From Minisyncoccia bacterium (GTDB lineage Bacteria > Patescibacteriota > Minisyncoccia > Moranbacterales > GCA-2747515), in the NCBI GenBank assembly GCA_041738235.1, contig JBGSQF010000013.1:63345-127344 (forward strand): 64,000 bases of DNA. Direction: 5' to 3'. Made by a program: the position numbers and the translations under genes. Below the pieces are notes generated by a model. It was not told where the DNA came from, searched no databases, and worked only from the letters and a program-made list of their open reading frames with translations. This document shows, piece by piece, positions 49,546 to 58,078 of this stretch (positions are counted from its first letter, which is position 1; each line of letters opens with the position of its first letter).

Positions 49546-49740
49546 GTGAACGTGAGCGAGCAAGGTGGGATAAAGCGAGAAGTGCGTCCCATAAGAATGC
49601 CGCAGTGTAGTACCTGTTGGCATCGTGGGCACAGCACTTGCCAGTCTATCAATTGTCCAAAGCCATCTCATACCTCGGAGATAAACCAGGCAGTGACCTG
49701 GCAAAGTGCCGTACGGACAGCATCAATGGATTGGGAATGA
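49546..49740 (+). CDS. Small zinc-knuckle-like protein
   Basis: GGAGGAG SD, GTG start, CSTCWHRGHSTCQSINC, downstream hairpin GCGCAAC..GTTGCGC. Confidence 0.5.
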   Translation: MNVSEQGGIKREVRPIRMPQCSTCWHRGHSTCQSINCPKPSHTSEINQAVTWQSAVRTASMDWE

Positions 49741-49799
49741 TTCTCTAAACGGGGCGCAACTTATCACGGTTGCGCTTCTTCTTATTGTGTCTTAGGCTA

Positions 49800-49828
49800 T
49801 TGACAGGAAGTGATAAATATGCTATATT
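49800..49828 (+). promoter_or_regulatory. Sigma70 promoter
   Basis: TTGACA-17-TATATT with extended TG. Confidence 0.7.
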
Positions 49829-49855
49829 ATACGGTTATTTACTAATCATATCACT

Positions 49856-50635
49856 ATGTCGATATTTTCCCTTATGAAAGCCAATAAAGCGAATATGGTA
49901 CTTTCGGGGTTGGCAGTCGCAACGGCGGTATTTTTGGGATTGGTGTTCCTGGCGAATGATTATTCTGTGCAAACCGATTATTTGGTGATCCAAGGATCGG
50001 CAGACAAGCAGGACTTCTATACGCTTTCTAAGAGTGTTGAGTATTCAGGAAATATTCTTAAGGAAGCGATCGCGAGTGACTTATTCTTCTCTGAGGCCGC
50101 TAACACCAAATACTTTGACGCTTCTGTATTTCCGAGTGATGAGCTTGAAAAGTTGAAGGAGTGGCGCAAGTCGATCAAGGTGACGCAACGATCCGGCGCA
50201 GGTATCTTGGAGGTCACCGTTAAGCGTCGTACGCAATCTGAAGCATTAGGCATCGCACGCGCCGTTTCTGATGTGCTGATTCAAAAAAATAATCTTTTTC
50301 GATCCGGTACGCCGGAGAGTCTTACGATCAAAACCATATCTGGACCGATCGTAGAACAGAACCCAACTATCAAACAGTTGATCACTGGATCGGTCGCAGG
50401 GTTTATTCTTGGAGTAGCGCTCTTTCTTCTTTGGAAGTTGTCGCGAGGACCAACCGTCTCAAAGAAATCGGATCAACTGTTCTTCTCTTCTGAGAGAGAA
50501 TTGGATGAGTATCGTAATCGTTTGCAGGTATCATTAGAAATCTCAAAGGGACCGTTCGATGAAAGTTTAGTAGGGGAGGGTAATGCGGTTCCTGAGAATT
50601 TGCCACACTTGACCCAAACGGGGTATACTCAGTAG
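49856..50635 (+). CDS. Wzz/CapA-like polysaccharide chain-length determinant
   Basis: Two TM segments flanking an extracytoplasmic domain; in polysaccharide cluster. Confidence 0.65.
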   Translation: MSIFSLMKANKANMVLSGLAVATAVFLGLVFLANDYSVQTDYLVIQGSADKQDFYTLSKSVEYSGNILKEAIASDLFFSEAANTKYFDASVFPSDELEKLKEWRKSIKVTQRSGAGILEVTVKRRTQSEALGIARAVSDVLIQKNNLFRSGTPESLTIKTISGPIVEQNPTIKQLITGSVAGFILGVALFLLWKLSRGPTVSKKSDQLFFSSERELDEYRNRLQVSLEISKGPFDESLVGEGNAVPENLPHLTQTGYTQ

Positions 50636-50781
50636 TTCTTAAAAAAACGCATAGTGGTATATCTGCGAGAAGGAGAGAAGAGGATTCTCTCTTTCCGCGG
50701 GCATAGCCCCGAAGGTTCGTTAACAACTTCTTTCTTTTTCGTAAAATCAGAAGACCCCCAATGGGGGCAGGAGGCATAACC

Positions 50782-51528
50782 ATGGATAAAACCATGGCGA
50801 AACTCATTAGCATCATCTTCGCCGGGCTGGTCCTGGTGGGGTGTGCGACGACTCCCCCCGGGGAGACGTTGGGTTTGAAGGGCGAGGCGATGGAACGCCT
50901 TGCCAACGCGACGACGTTCGTGGCTCCGCCGCCGGTCGAAACGGCGCGGGGCTTCGAGATCGCTCTGCCACAGGATGTGGCACGAGAAATGGGGTGCAAG
51001 GAGTACCCCACGATAGACCACTCGACCGTTTCGGTGTGTCGGAAGTCATTTCGCGCGCGCCTGGACGGTTTGGAGGCGTCTGCTTACCCCTTCGGGGGGA
51101 AGTGGTATGTCTTCATTGCTGGGAAACCCTCTCGGGTGGAGATCCTCTCCGCTCGGGGGGCGAGGCATAACGCTTCGGTCGTCGGTGAGATCGGTCGCTC
51201 CCAAGTAACCGAAATCTATGCCGACATCGGCGCGACATTCCCGTCCGTTTCCGGGGTCATTCCCGGGACGGCGGGGACGCGCCTGCTTTATGGGCAGGAT
51301 GCCCTGAATGCGCTCCGCGTCCCGTCGCTTGTCGATTGGAAGGAGCGTGCGGCGGTGTGTGGGTTGGGGTCCGTGTCGTCCACTGAGCTAATCGGTGTGG
51401 CGACCGGGAACCCCTTGCCCGCAGTTGGGAAGGTTTTGCAGGGCGTTTGTGCCCTGCGCCAAGAACCCCGGCTCCTCGTGGGGTCGGGATCCGCAACACA
51501 ACCCGGGGCAACCCCCCAGGAGAAGTAA
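50782..51528 (+). CDS. Putative lipoprotein (GC-rich island)
   Basis: AGGAGG SD; signal peptide with lipobox LVG-C. Confidence 0.75.
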   Translation: MDKTMAKLISIIFAGLVLVGCATTPPGETLGLKGEAMERLANATTFVAPPPVETARGFEIALPQDVAREMGCKEYPTIDHSTVSVCRKSFRARLDGLEASAYPFGGKWYVFIAGKPSRVEILSARGARHNASVVGEIGRSQVTEIYADIGATFPSVSGVIPGTAGTRLLYGQDALNALRVPSLVDWKERAAVCGLGSVSSTELIGVATGNPLPAVGKVLQGVCALRQEPRLLVGSGSATQPGATPQEK

Positions 51529-51529
51529 G

Positions 51530-53269
51530 ATGAAACGCTTGAATGCGTTCTTCGTCCTCGCGGGGCTCGTCCTCGCGTTGACGATCACTACCACCCCCGC
51601 GGAGGCGGGGAGCTACACGGTGTCCAAGTCGGACTACCGTGGATTGTCCTCTATCGGGCGCAAGCTCGGTGTGGATTGGCTTTCGATCGCGAAGACGAAC
51701 GGGATTAAACCCCCGTATCGGATTCGGGTCGGTCAGGTGCTCACCATTCCGGAAGGCGAAAGCCAACCGGCGGTGGCACAGACCGAAGCAACCCCCGCCA
51801 AGGCCCCCGTGGCCACGGCGGAGATCCCTGCCTCTCCTGCTGGCGTCCGCCAGTGGAAGAAGGTAGGTGGAGACCCCCTCCTTCCGCTCCGTATGCGGAA
51901 GGCTTGGCACAAGGCCGAGGAGCTTCGGCTCACCTCGGAGCAAGCCAACCGGCTGGCTCAATTTGGGCTCTCTGAGTCCCAGATCGAGCAGGTCCGCAAG
52001 GATCTGGCTGGCGGCCAGTGCCAAGCGACGGCTCGTCCCGTAGGGTATCCTTGGGACGGCATGGCGATGGGGCGTGGCAATTGGAACGCCACAGAGAATG
52101 CAACTGGCGACAGCATCATGGTCTGGGCTTGCCCGGAACAGGATGACATACAGGTCGACATCGCGATGGGCTGTGGCAATGTGGCGTGGAAACGTCATGC
52201 GCCCAAGCCCGTAACGCCAACCCCGCAGGAGAAAAAGGCGGGGCTCGAGTGTGAGATGGTCGGAGCCTTGTGGGCGCAGGTCGGAGGGCATGGTGAGTCG
52301 GGTTCGGCCCGGTTCAGCTGTCTTGTCCCGGTCGGCGATCACTGGAAGGTCGGACCGTCTGTTGGTATGTCTGGGTCTCGGTTCGGCAATGGCGAGTGGG
52401 TAGAGGTATCCAACTTCGTCGGCGCCGGTATCGAGGCGCGGGGATCCGATATCGCCGGCCTGGACGCCGTCGAATTCGTGGTTCTCGTGGGGCAAGGGTC
52501 GGCACGTGGTTACTCCACCGATGGAATGGTGGAAAAGCTCAAAGCGTCCGGTATGGACGCTCGTCTCGCGATCCAACTCCGGAAGCGTTTCGCGATCTCC
52601 CCTCAAACGGGAGTGACCGTGCGCTTTATGCCCTGGGTGGACGTGCCACTCACGGGCGCTTCGACCGACATCCTCTGGAAGGGGGGTAAAGTTGGAGAGG
52701 AGCGCGGAAGGCATGTGGTCGTAGGAGCGATCCTGCGGCTTGAGATGGATCGGGCTGACTGGAACGTCAAGCCTGAGCTTACCCTGGGCGTCTGGCACAT
52801 CTCGGATGTGCAAGAGCCGATTGGCGCGAAGATCCTCCTCGGTGTCGCCACGAAGGATGACGTGTGGCGTATCGGAGCGGGCGTACAGTTCCCCAATCCC
52901 CACTGGATAGTGGAGGTTGAGTGGAATCCTGGTCTGGGATGGCTTCATGCCAATACCCAGGTTGCCACCACGGCACTGCTTGCGGGGTCAACACCCACGG
53001 AGCAGTACCTCGGCGTCAAGGCCTCTAAATCGGCCAAAACGTCGCAACCCACAACCGCAACCCCCGCCAAGGCCGAGACGCAAGTCAAGGTCAAGGCGGA
53101 GAAATCTGGAAGTAGCCCGTTTGGTTGGGCTGCCGATATCCAGACAGCAGCACAGTCCACCAGTTCCGGAGCTTCTGGAAATGGCGGACACACAACTTCC
53201 TTAACCTCAACCCCGACAGGATCGTCGGGTTCGACAGTCGACGCGGCCCTCGGGCTGTTCGCCGGCTGA
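51530..53269 (+). CDS. Secreted LysM-domain protein with beta-barrel-like C-terminal domain
   Basis: AGGAG SD, signal peptide (AEA), LysM YTV..D..LSSI..K.GV.W..IA..NGI..PY.I.VGQ.L.IP, amphipathic beta-strand region. Confidence 0.8.
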   Translation: MKRLNAFFVLAGLVLALTITTTPAEAGSYTVSKSDYRGLSSIGRKLGVDWLSIAKTNGIKPPYRIRVGQVLTIPEGESQPAVAQTEATPAKAPVATAEIPASPAGVRQWKKVGGDPLLPLRMRKAWHKAEELRLTSEQANRLAQFGLSESQIEQVRKDLAGGQCQATARPVGYPWDGMAMGRGNWNATENATGDSIMVWACPEQDDIQVDIAMGCGNVAWKRHAPKPVTPTPQEKKAGLECEMVGALWAQVGGHGESGSARFSCLVPVGDHWKVGPSVGMSGSRFGNGEWVEVSNFVGAGIEARGSDIAGLDAVEFVVLVGQGSARGYSTDGMVEKLKASGMDARLAIQLRKRFAISPQTGVTVRFMPWVDVPLTGASTDILWKGGKVGEERGRHVVVGAILRLEMDRADWNVKPELTLGVWHISDVQEPIGAKILLGVATKDDVWRIGAGVQFPNPHWIVEVEWNPGLGWLHANTQVATTALLAGSTPTEQYLGVKASKSAKTSQPTTATPAKAETQVKVKAEKSGSSPFGWAADIQTAAQSTSSGASGNGGHTTSLTSTPTGSSGSTVDAALGLFAG

Positions 53270-53532
53270 GCACAAGGAAGTACTGAAGTAACCACCCCCT
53301 CATAGGAGAGGGGAGACGTCAGTCGAAGAACTGACGAAGGAGTAGTGAAACGCAACACCGCCCGTCTGGAAGACCGGCGAGATAAGTAAAGGCGAGAACA
53401 CTCCGCCTTTCGCCCCTGAGAAATCAAGGGTTCGGGCACGGTGCCCAAGAGTGCTCCCTTTTCGGTTGTGAAAAGGGTACCCGTTCCAGTGAGGACGGTT
53501 GAAAAAGGAAAGAAGGGATCGTAGCATATCCC

Positions 53533-53561
53533 TTGACAAGCCTGTCAAAGTATGCTAGGAT
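53533..53561 (+). promoter_or_regulatory. Sigma70 promoter
   Basis: TTGACA-17-TAGGAT with extended TG. Confidence 0.65.
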
Positions 53562-53870
53562 TGAACATTAAATAAGGAAAGAACCTTGTATCTATGGACG
53601 CCCAGGAAAGAGTATTTGTAAATCGGTCGACACGATTTACTTATGTTCTTTCCTTGGGCATTAGCTTTAGCTTTTGATATTTTGTGTTCAGTATTTTGTA
53701 TCTTCTTATGAGGGTGCAAATAGGGAATACAAGAGAGTGAGTTTTTCGAGAGATCAACGGATATACGCATGAAGCGCGTGTCCATCGTCCCCCGAAAAGG
53801 AGGTCGAGAATAGTTACAGGAGTTTTTTAAAACCATGGCCATTTGAGGGAAACCCCCTCGGGAGAACGCC

Positions 53871-54224
53871 ATGAACCGCAAGTACTTGATCCTGATCGCC
53901 GCCCTGATCGCCACCGCCGCCAGTACCACCGCCATCGCCGGCAAGTACGACGGGGCCTCCTGGGGCACCGCCTCGAACAATGTCCAGGTCATCAACTACG
54001 ACCCGGTCCGGTGTGAGGTGTGCCGGGCCGAAAACGGCCAGGCTACCATGACCGAGTGCAACAGCCCCTCGGCCATGCAGGCCGGCCTACCGTACGTCAT
54101 CTATTGCGGGGGCGGGGTCTGGGGGGAGGCTGGCTCCGCGCCCGGGACGACCCGCGTCGGACCCGGCGGACATGTCGGCTCGTTCCGGGCCGGCCAGAAG
54201 GACTACTGGACGGTCAAGCAGTAA
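53871..54224 (+). CDS. Small secreted Cys-containing protein
   Basis: GGAG SD, signal peptide MNRKYLILIAALIATAASTTAIA, four Cys, high GC3. Confidence 0.75.
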   Translation: MNRKYLILIAALIATAASTTAIAGKYDGASWGTASNNVQVINYDPVRCEVCRAENGQATMTECNSPSAMQAGLPYVIYCGGGVWGEAGSAPGTTRVGPGGHVGSFRAGQKDYWTVKQ

Positions 54225-54409
54225 CGCTGCCGAACCGCCCCTAGAAGTCCGAGACCGTCGGAGAGATTCAGAATGTCAATGCAAAGCGCAACGCGCTTCT
54301 GCCACGACTTCTGTCTCCTCTCCGACGGTCTTTAAATTGTTTCTCAAAATTCCGATCTTGCCAGAAACAATTAACCCCGCTGTATGGCGGGGTATTCTCT
54401 TTTGTGAAT

Positions 54410-55762
54410 TTATTTTTCTTCTGCCGTTCTTCCATAAACGCTTAGCGCCCCCCCGATCATTGCCCAGAGGATCCACTGCACCATAGTAGAGCGCAGTACG
54501 TGGTCGGTTGCACTGAGAAGAAGAAGTGAAATTGTAAGACAAAGAAGAATAAGGAAGGTATCGTGCTCAACCGGTGTTTTGGAAGCTTTCCAATTTTTAT
54601 AGAGGATGAAAATAGGAGCGAAGGAAAAGAAGAGAAAAACAGCGAGTCCAACCACACCTCCTTCTACGAAGGAACGGACGAATTCATTATGTGGGGCATT
54701 GACGACAAAACGGATCCCACGAACGCTTTCGGCGATGATCTCGAATGTACCAAGTCCGTACCCAAGGAGCGTATTTTGGTCGGCGATCGTTTTATGGATG
54801 GTGTCATTCCAAATGGTTATGCGCCACGCGAGAGAACTGGAAGGACCGAGGTTCAGTCCTTCGGTGATCCGTCCCTGTATGCTGGGTAAGGCAAGGAACA
54901 GTACGATAGGAATAAGTAAAAGAGCCGGGAGTATCTTGAAGTATTTGACCGAGGCGATAAGACCAAGAAAGAGAAAAAATGTTGCCCAAGCTGCCCGAGC
55001 GTAGGTCATTATAAGGATCGCAGTAACGGTAAAGAAGGCAACAAGAGAAATGTTTTTTGCTCTTTCTTTCGTGTACGTAAAGAACATAAGTAGAAGCGCC
55101 GCAAGGACCACCACTAGATAGAGGGCAAATATGTTGGGATGAGCAAATGTTCCATAGATGCGCGGAACCGCAAAAGCATCGTCGACATAACCAATATTGA
55201 AGATAAACTGATACATGGCTGTGGCAATGGGAATGATCGCCGATAAAGAGGAGATCAGCAGAAGTTTGAAAAATCTTTCTTTGGTGTTGATGACAAAGTA
55301 AGAAAGGAGGAATATAAAGAGTATTGAAAAGAGACGAAGGATCTCATAGAGCGTTTGGGAAAAACTGACCGAATAGAGAAGTGTTCCTGTGCCCCATAGA
55401 AGCAGTACCAGGAACGGATAAAAAAGAGGGACATTCAAGACCTTCTGTATTCGGGGGGCGAGATAGAGGATCCCAAGAAATACCGTAAGTAAGCCAAATG
55501 CTTGGGCCACTGTAATGATCCGGGTTGGGTCAAAAGGCATTGAAAAGTTGAGTATCTCAGAGAGTCGATCAAGGGAGGGTCGAATGAAGATCAGAGAAAA
55601 AAGAAGGAGATAGGGAGAATAGAGCAAAAGAAAAAATGACCAAGGAAATAGTCCGGCGAGCACGGATCCAGTAATTGACAATCCCAAGAAAAGAGAGACG
55701 ATAATAAGACCGACTGAAGCGATGAGGGTTATGATAAAAATTCGGGAAAATCGAGCATTCAT
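54410..55762 (-). CDS. O-antigen ligase/Wzy family polymerase
   Basis: About 12 TM segments, RIYGTF.HPN, TYARAAW, S..WR..IW, LG.G.G, AP HN. Confidence 0.88.
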   Translation of the reverse strand: MNARFSRIFIITLIASVGLIIVSLFLGLSITGSVLAGLFPWSFFLLLYSPYLLLFSLIFIRPSLDRLSEILNFSMPFDPTRIITVAQAFGLLTVFLGILYLAPRIQKVLNVPLFYPFLVLLLWGTGTLLYSVSFSQTLYEILRLFSILFIFLLSYFVINTKERFFKLLLISSLSAIIPIATAMYQFIFNIGYVDDAFAVPRIYGTFAHPNIFALYLVVVLAALLLMFFTYTKERAKNISLVAFFTVTAILIMTYARAAWATFFLFLGLIASVKYFKILPALLLIPIVLFLALPSIQGRITEGLNLGPSSSLAWRITIWNDTIHKTIADQNTLLGYGLGTFEIIAESVRGIRFVVNAPHNEFVRSFVEGGVVGLAVFLFFSFAPIFILYKNWKASKTPVEHDTFLILLCLTISLLLLSATDHVLRSTMVQWILWAMIGGALSVYGRTAEEK

Positions 55763-55777
55763 AGTATAATGGAGAGT

Positions 55778-56992
55778 ATGAAAATATTACTGGTCAACAA
55801 ATATCACTATGTAAAGGGTGGTGCCGAACGGGCCTATTTTGATACGGCTCGTGTTCTAGAAGATCACGGACACGAAGTGGCATTTTTTTCTATGCATCAT
55901 CCGATGAACGTGAAAACTCGATGGTCGAAGTACTTTATCGACTCGGTCGATTATCACGATAATCCAAGCATACGCCAAAAAGTGAGAATTGTGAAGAATA
56001 TCCTTTGGAATAGACAGGCACAAGAAAATCTCAGGTCTCTGATTGAGGAATTCCAACCTGACGTAGCGCATCTCCATAATGTTTACCACCAGATCTCTCC
56101 TTCGATCATCGCTACTCTCAAAAGGCATCGCGTACCTGTGGTGATGACACTTCATGACTATAAGCTTATTTGTCCCAACTACTCGATGTATGTTCGAGGT
56201 CGTATTTGGGAAGGCGGCGCGTTACGTTGCGCTCTCGATCGATGTGTGCAGGATTCATATTCAAAAAGTCTTGTATGTGCCGTGGAGTCGATGTTTCATC
56301 AATTGATCGGGATATATGACCGGGTAGATGCTTATATTGCACCCAGTCAGTTTCTAAAGGAAAAATTTAGGGAGCATGGTTTTCAGAAGAAGATCACTCA
56401 TATCGCACAGCCTTTGTTCAAGGAGGATCTTCTTGAAAGTGTTCCATTCGATGTTTCGGCGCCAATCCTTTTTGCTGGGAGATTGTCTATCGAGAAAGGG
56501 GTTGAAACGATCATTCGAGCGATGGCTTTATGTCCCGGTGAAAAACTGGAGATCGCTGGATCTGGTCCTGAAGAAAGAGCCCTGAAGGAACTTGTCCGAT
56601 CTTTAGGGGTTCAAGAACGAGTGTCCTTTTTGGGACACCTTTTGGGTAAAGATCTTCGCCCAAGGATCCAGAAAGCCAAAGCCGTTATCATAACATCGGT
56701 GTGGTTTGAGAATATGCCGTATGCACTTTTGGAGGCGTTGGGCGCAGGAAAAGTAGTGATCGCTTCTCGTATTGGAGGAATGACTGAACGTATCGTTGAT
56801 GGTGAGAACGGTTTTCTTTTCACAGCGGGGGATGTGGAAGATCTTGCGCATACCATAGAGAAGATAAGCCCAAAGAATGTGGAAGATATTCAATACAAAG
56901 CGAGACAAAGCGTTCAAGATATCTCTCCAGAGGAGTATTACAAAAAGGTACTCTCTGTGTACCAAAAGGTTGTGGGGAAAAATAAGAAATAA
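55778..56992 (+). CDS. Glycosyltransferase family 4
   Basis: GGAER, HLHN, TLHDY, GRLS.EKG, EN.PY..LEA..G. Confidence 0.93.
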   Translation: MKILLVNKYHYVKGGAERAYFDTARVLEDHGHEVAFFSMHHPMNVKTRWSKYFIDSVDYHDNPSIRQKVRIVKNILWNRQAQENLRSLIEEFQPDVAHLHNVYHQISPSIIATLKRHRVPVVMTLHDYKLICPNYSMYVRGRIWEGGALRCALDRCVQDSYSKSLVCAVESMFHQLIGIYDRVDAYIAPSQFLKEKFREHGFQKKITHIAQPLFKEDLLESVPFDVSAPILFAGRLSIEKGVETIIRAMALCPGEKLEIAGSGPEERALKELVRSLGVQERVSFLGHLLGKDLRPRIQKAKAVIITSVWFENMPYALLEALGAGKVVIASRIGGMTERIVDGENGFLFTAGDVEDLAHTIEKISPKNVEDIQYKARQSVQDISPEEYYKKVLSVYQKVVGKNKK

Positions 56993-57000
56993 ATTGATAT

Positions 57001-57028
57001 AAAAAAAGGCTCTACAAAGCCTTTTTTT
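57001..57028 (+). terminator. Intrinsic terminator
   Basis: A7-GGCT-CTACAA-AGCC-T7. Confidence 0.7.
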
Positions 57029-57044
57029 AGTTGCAGTTGGGGTA

Positions 57045-57073
57045 TTGACAAGGAACTAGAAATATGCTATGTT
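57045..57073 (+). promoter_or_regulatory. Sigma70 promoter
   Basis: TTGACA-17-TATGTT with extended TG. Confidence 0.7.
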
Positions 57074-57099
57074 TCTAGGTTAATTTCTATTACTTAATT

Positions 57100-58038
57100 A
57101 TGCATATATCTTTACGGAGCAGGGTGTTTTTGGCGGTTGGTGCGTTCGCGTTCCTGGGTGCAGTTGTTTTCCCGTTCGTTTCTATGGGAAGTAGTCGCCA
57201 TGAGTTGTATGTTGATAAGAATGTGAGTGGTGATCAGGATGGATCTTCTGCTCATCCATACAAGACAATCTGGCAGGCTTTGGACAAGGCTGATGAGGGA
57301 ACCGATATATTTGTAGCGAAAGGAGAATATAAAGAAAATATCACCATTGGAAAAGATATACGCGTGTATGGAGCTGGTGCCGACAAAACAACTATCAAGG
57401 CCAAGGAGGATGATGATGCCGTGGTGACCATGAAACACAAAGCTCGCTTGGAAAGTGTAACGGTCAAAGGTGGTGATGAAGGCATCTTGGTAAAGGAAGA
57501 CAGTCGAGCCAATATCGTCAAGGTAACTGTCAAGGATAATGACAGTGAAGGAATACTTATTTTGAAGGGTGATACCGACAGTGATCACAAAGTGAGCATT
57601 GTTGACTCTTTGATCAAGGAAAATGGTAAGGCTGGAGTTTATTCAAGAAAGCGAAATGTGGTAGTAACCGATTGCACCATTCAGGACAATAGTGGTGACG
57701 GGATCGTTTTCGAGAAAGATGTTACCGCATGGCTTGAGAATAACACCATCAAGGAAAACAAGAAGAGTGGGATCGTGGCTATTTTGGATAAGTCGGATAT
57801 CGGGATCAAGAAGAACAGTGTGTATCGAAATGGTCGAGAGGGTATGGAGATCTCAACGTATGGAGAAGCAGGAAAGATCAATCTTGATAAATCAAAATTT
57901 TACGAGAATGGTCGTTATGGAGTTGCTCGTGTTTCACGATCAGGATCTTCGACGGTTTGGAATGGACTTACCATTCAAGTAAATGTTGAGTATTGGGGGA
58001 ATGTATTTGGGAGTTTGTCGAGAATCCTCTGGATATAA
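57100..58038 (+). CDS. Right-handed parallel beta-helix (pectin-lyase-like) protein
   Basis: YVD..GDQDGS..HPYKTI..AL, G.Y.ENI, repeated N..GI units. Confidence 0.85.
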   Translation: MHISLRSRVFLAVGAFAFLGAVVFPFVSMGSSRHELYVDKNVSGDQDGSSAHPYKTIWQALDKADEGTDIFVAKGEYKENITIGKDIRVYGAGADKTTIKAKEDDDAVVTMKHKARLESVTVKGGDEGILVKEDSRANIVKVTVKDNDSEGILILKGDTDSDHKVSIVDSLIKENGKAGVYSRKRNVVVTDCTIQDNSGDGIVFEKDVTAWLENNTIKENKKSGIVAILDKSDIGIKKNSVYRNGREGMEISTYGEAGKINLDKSKFYENGRYGVARVSRSGSSTVWNGLTIQVNVEYWGNVFGSLSRILWI

Positions 58039-58078
58039 TAGGGGATAGTCGGTATTTGTAGGTCTGTATTGTACTTGT

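Noticed and set aside
51257-52948. 563-aa ORF on the - strand
   Set aside because: Antisense shadow of the GC-rich LysM and lipoprotein genes, with no recognisable motifs.
53314-53353. Hammerhead-like CTGACGA...GAAAC with an upstream GTC
   Set aside because: Stems I and II cannot form. The simple CGTCAGT/ACTGACG hairpin explains the sequence.
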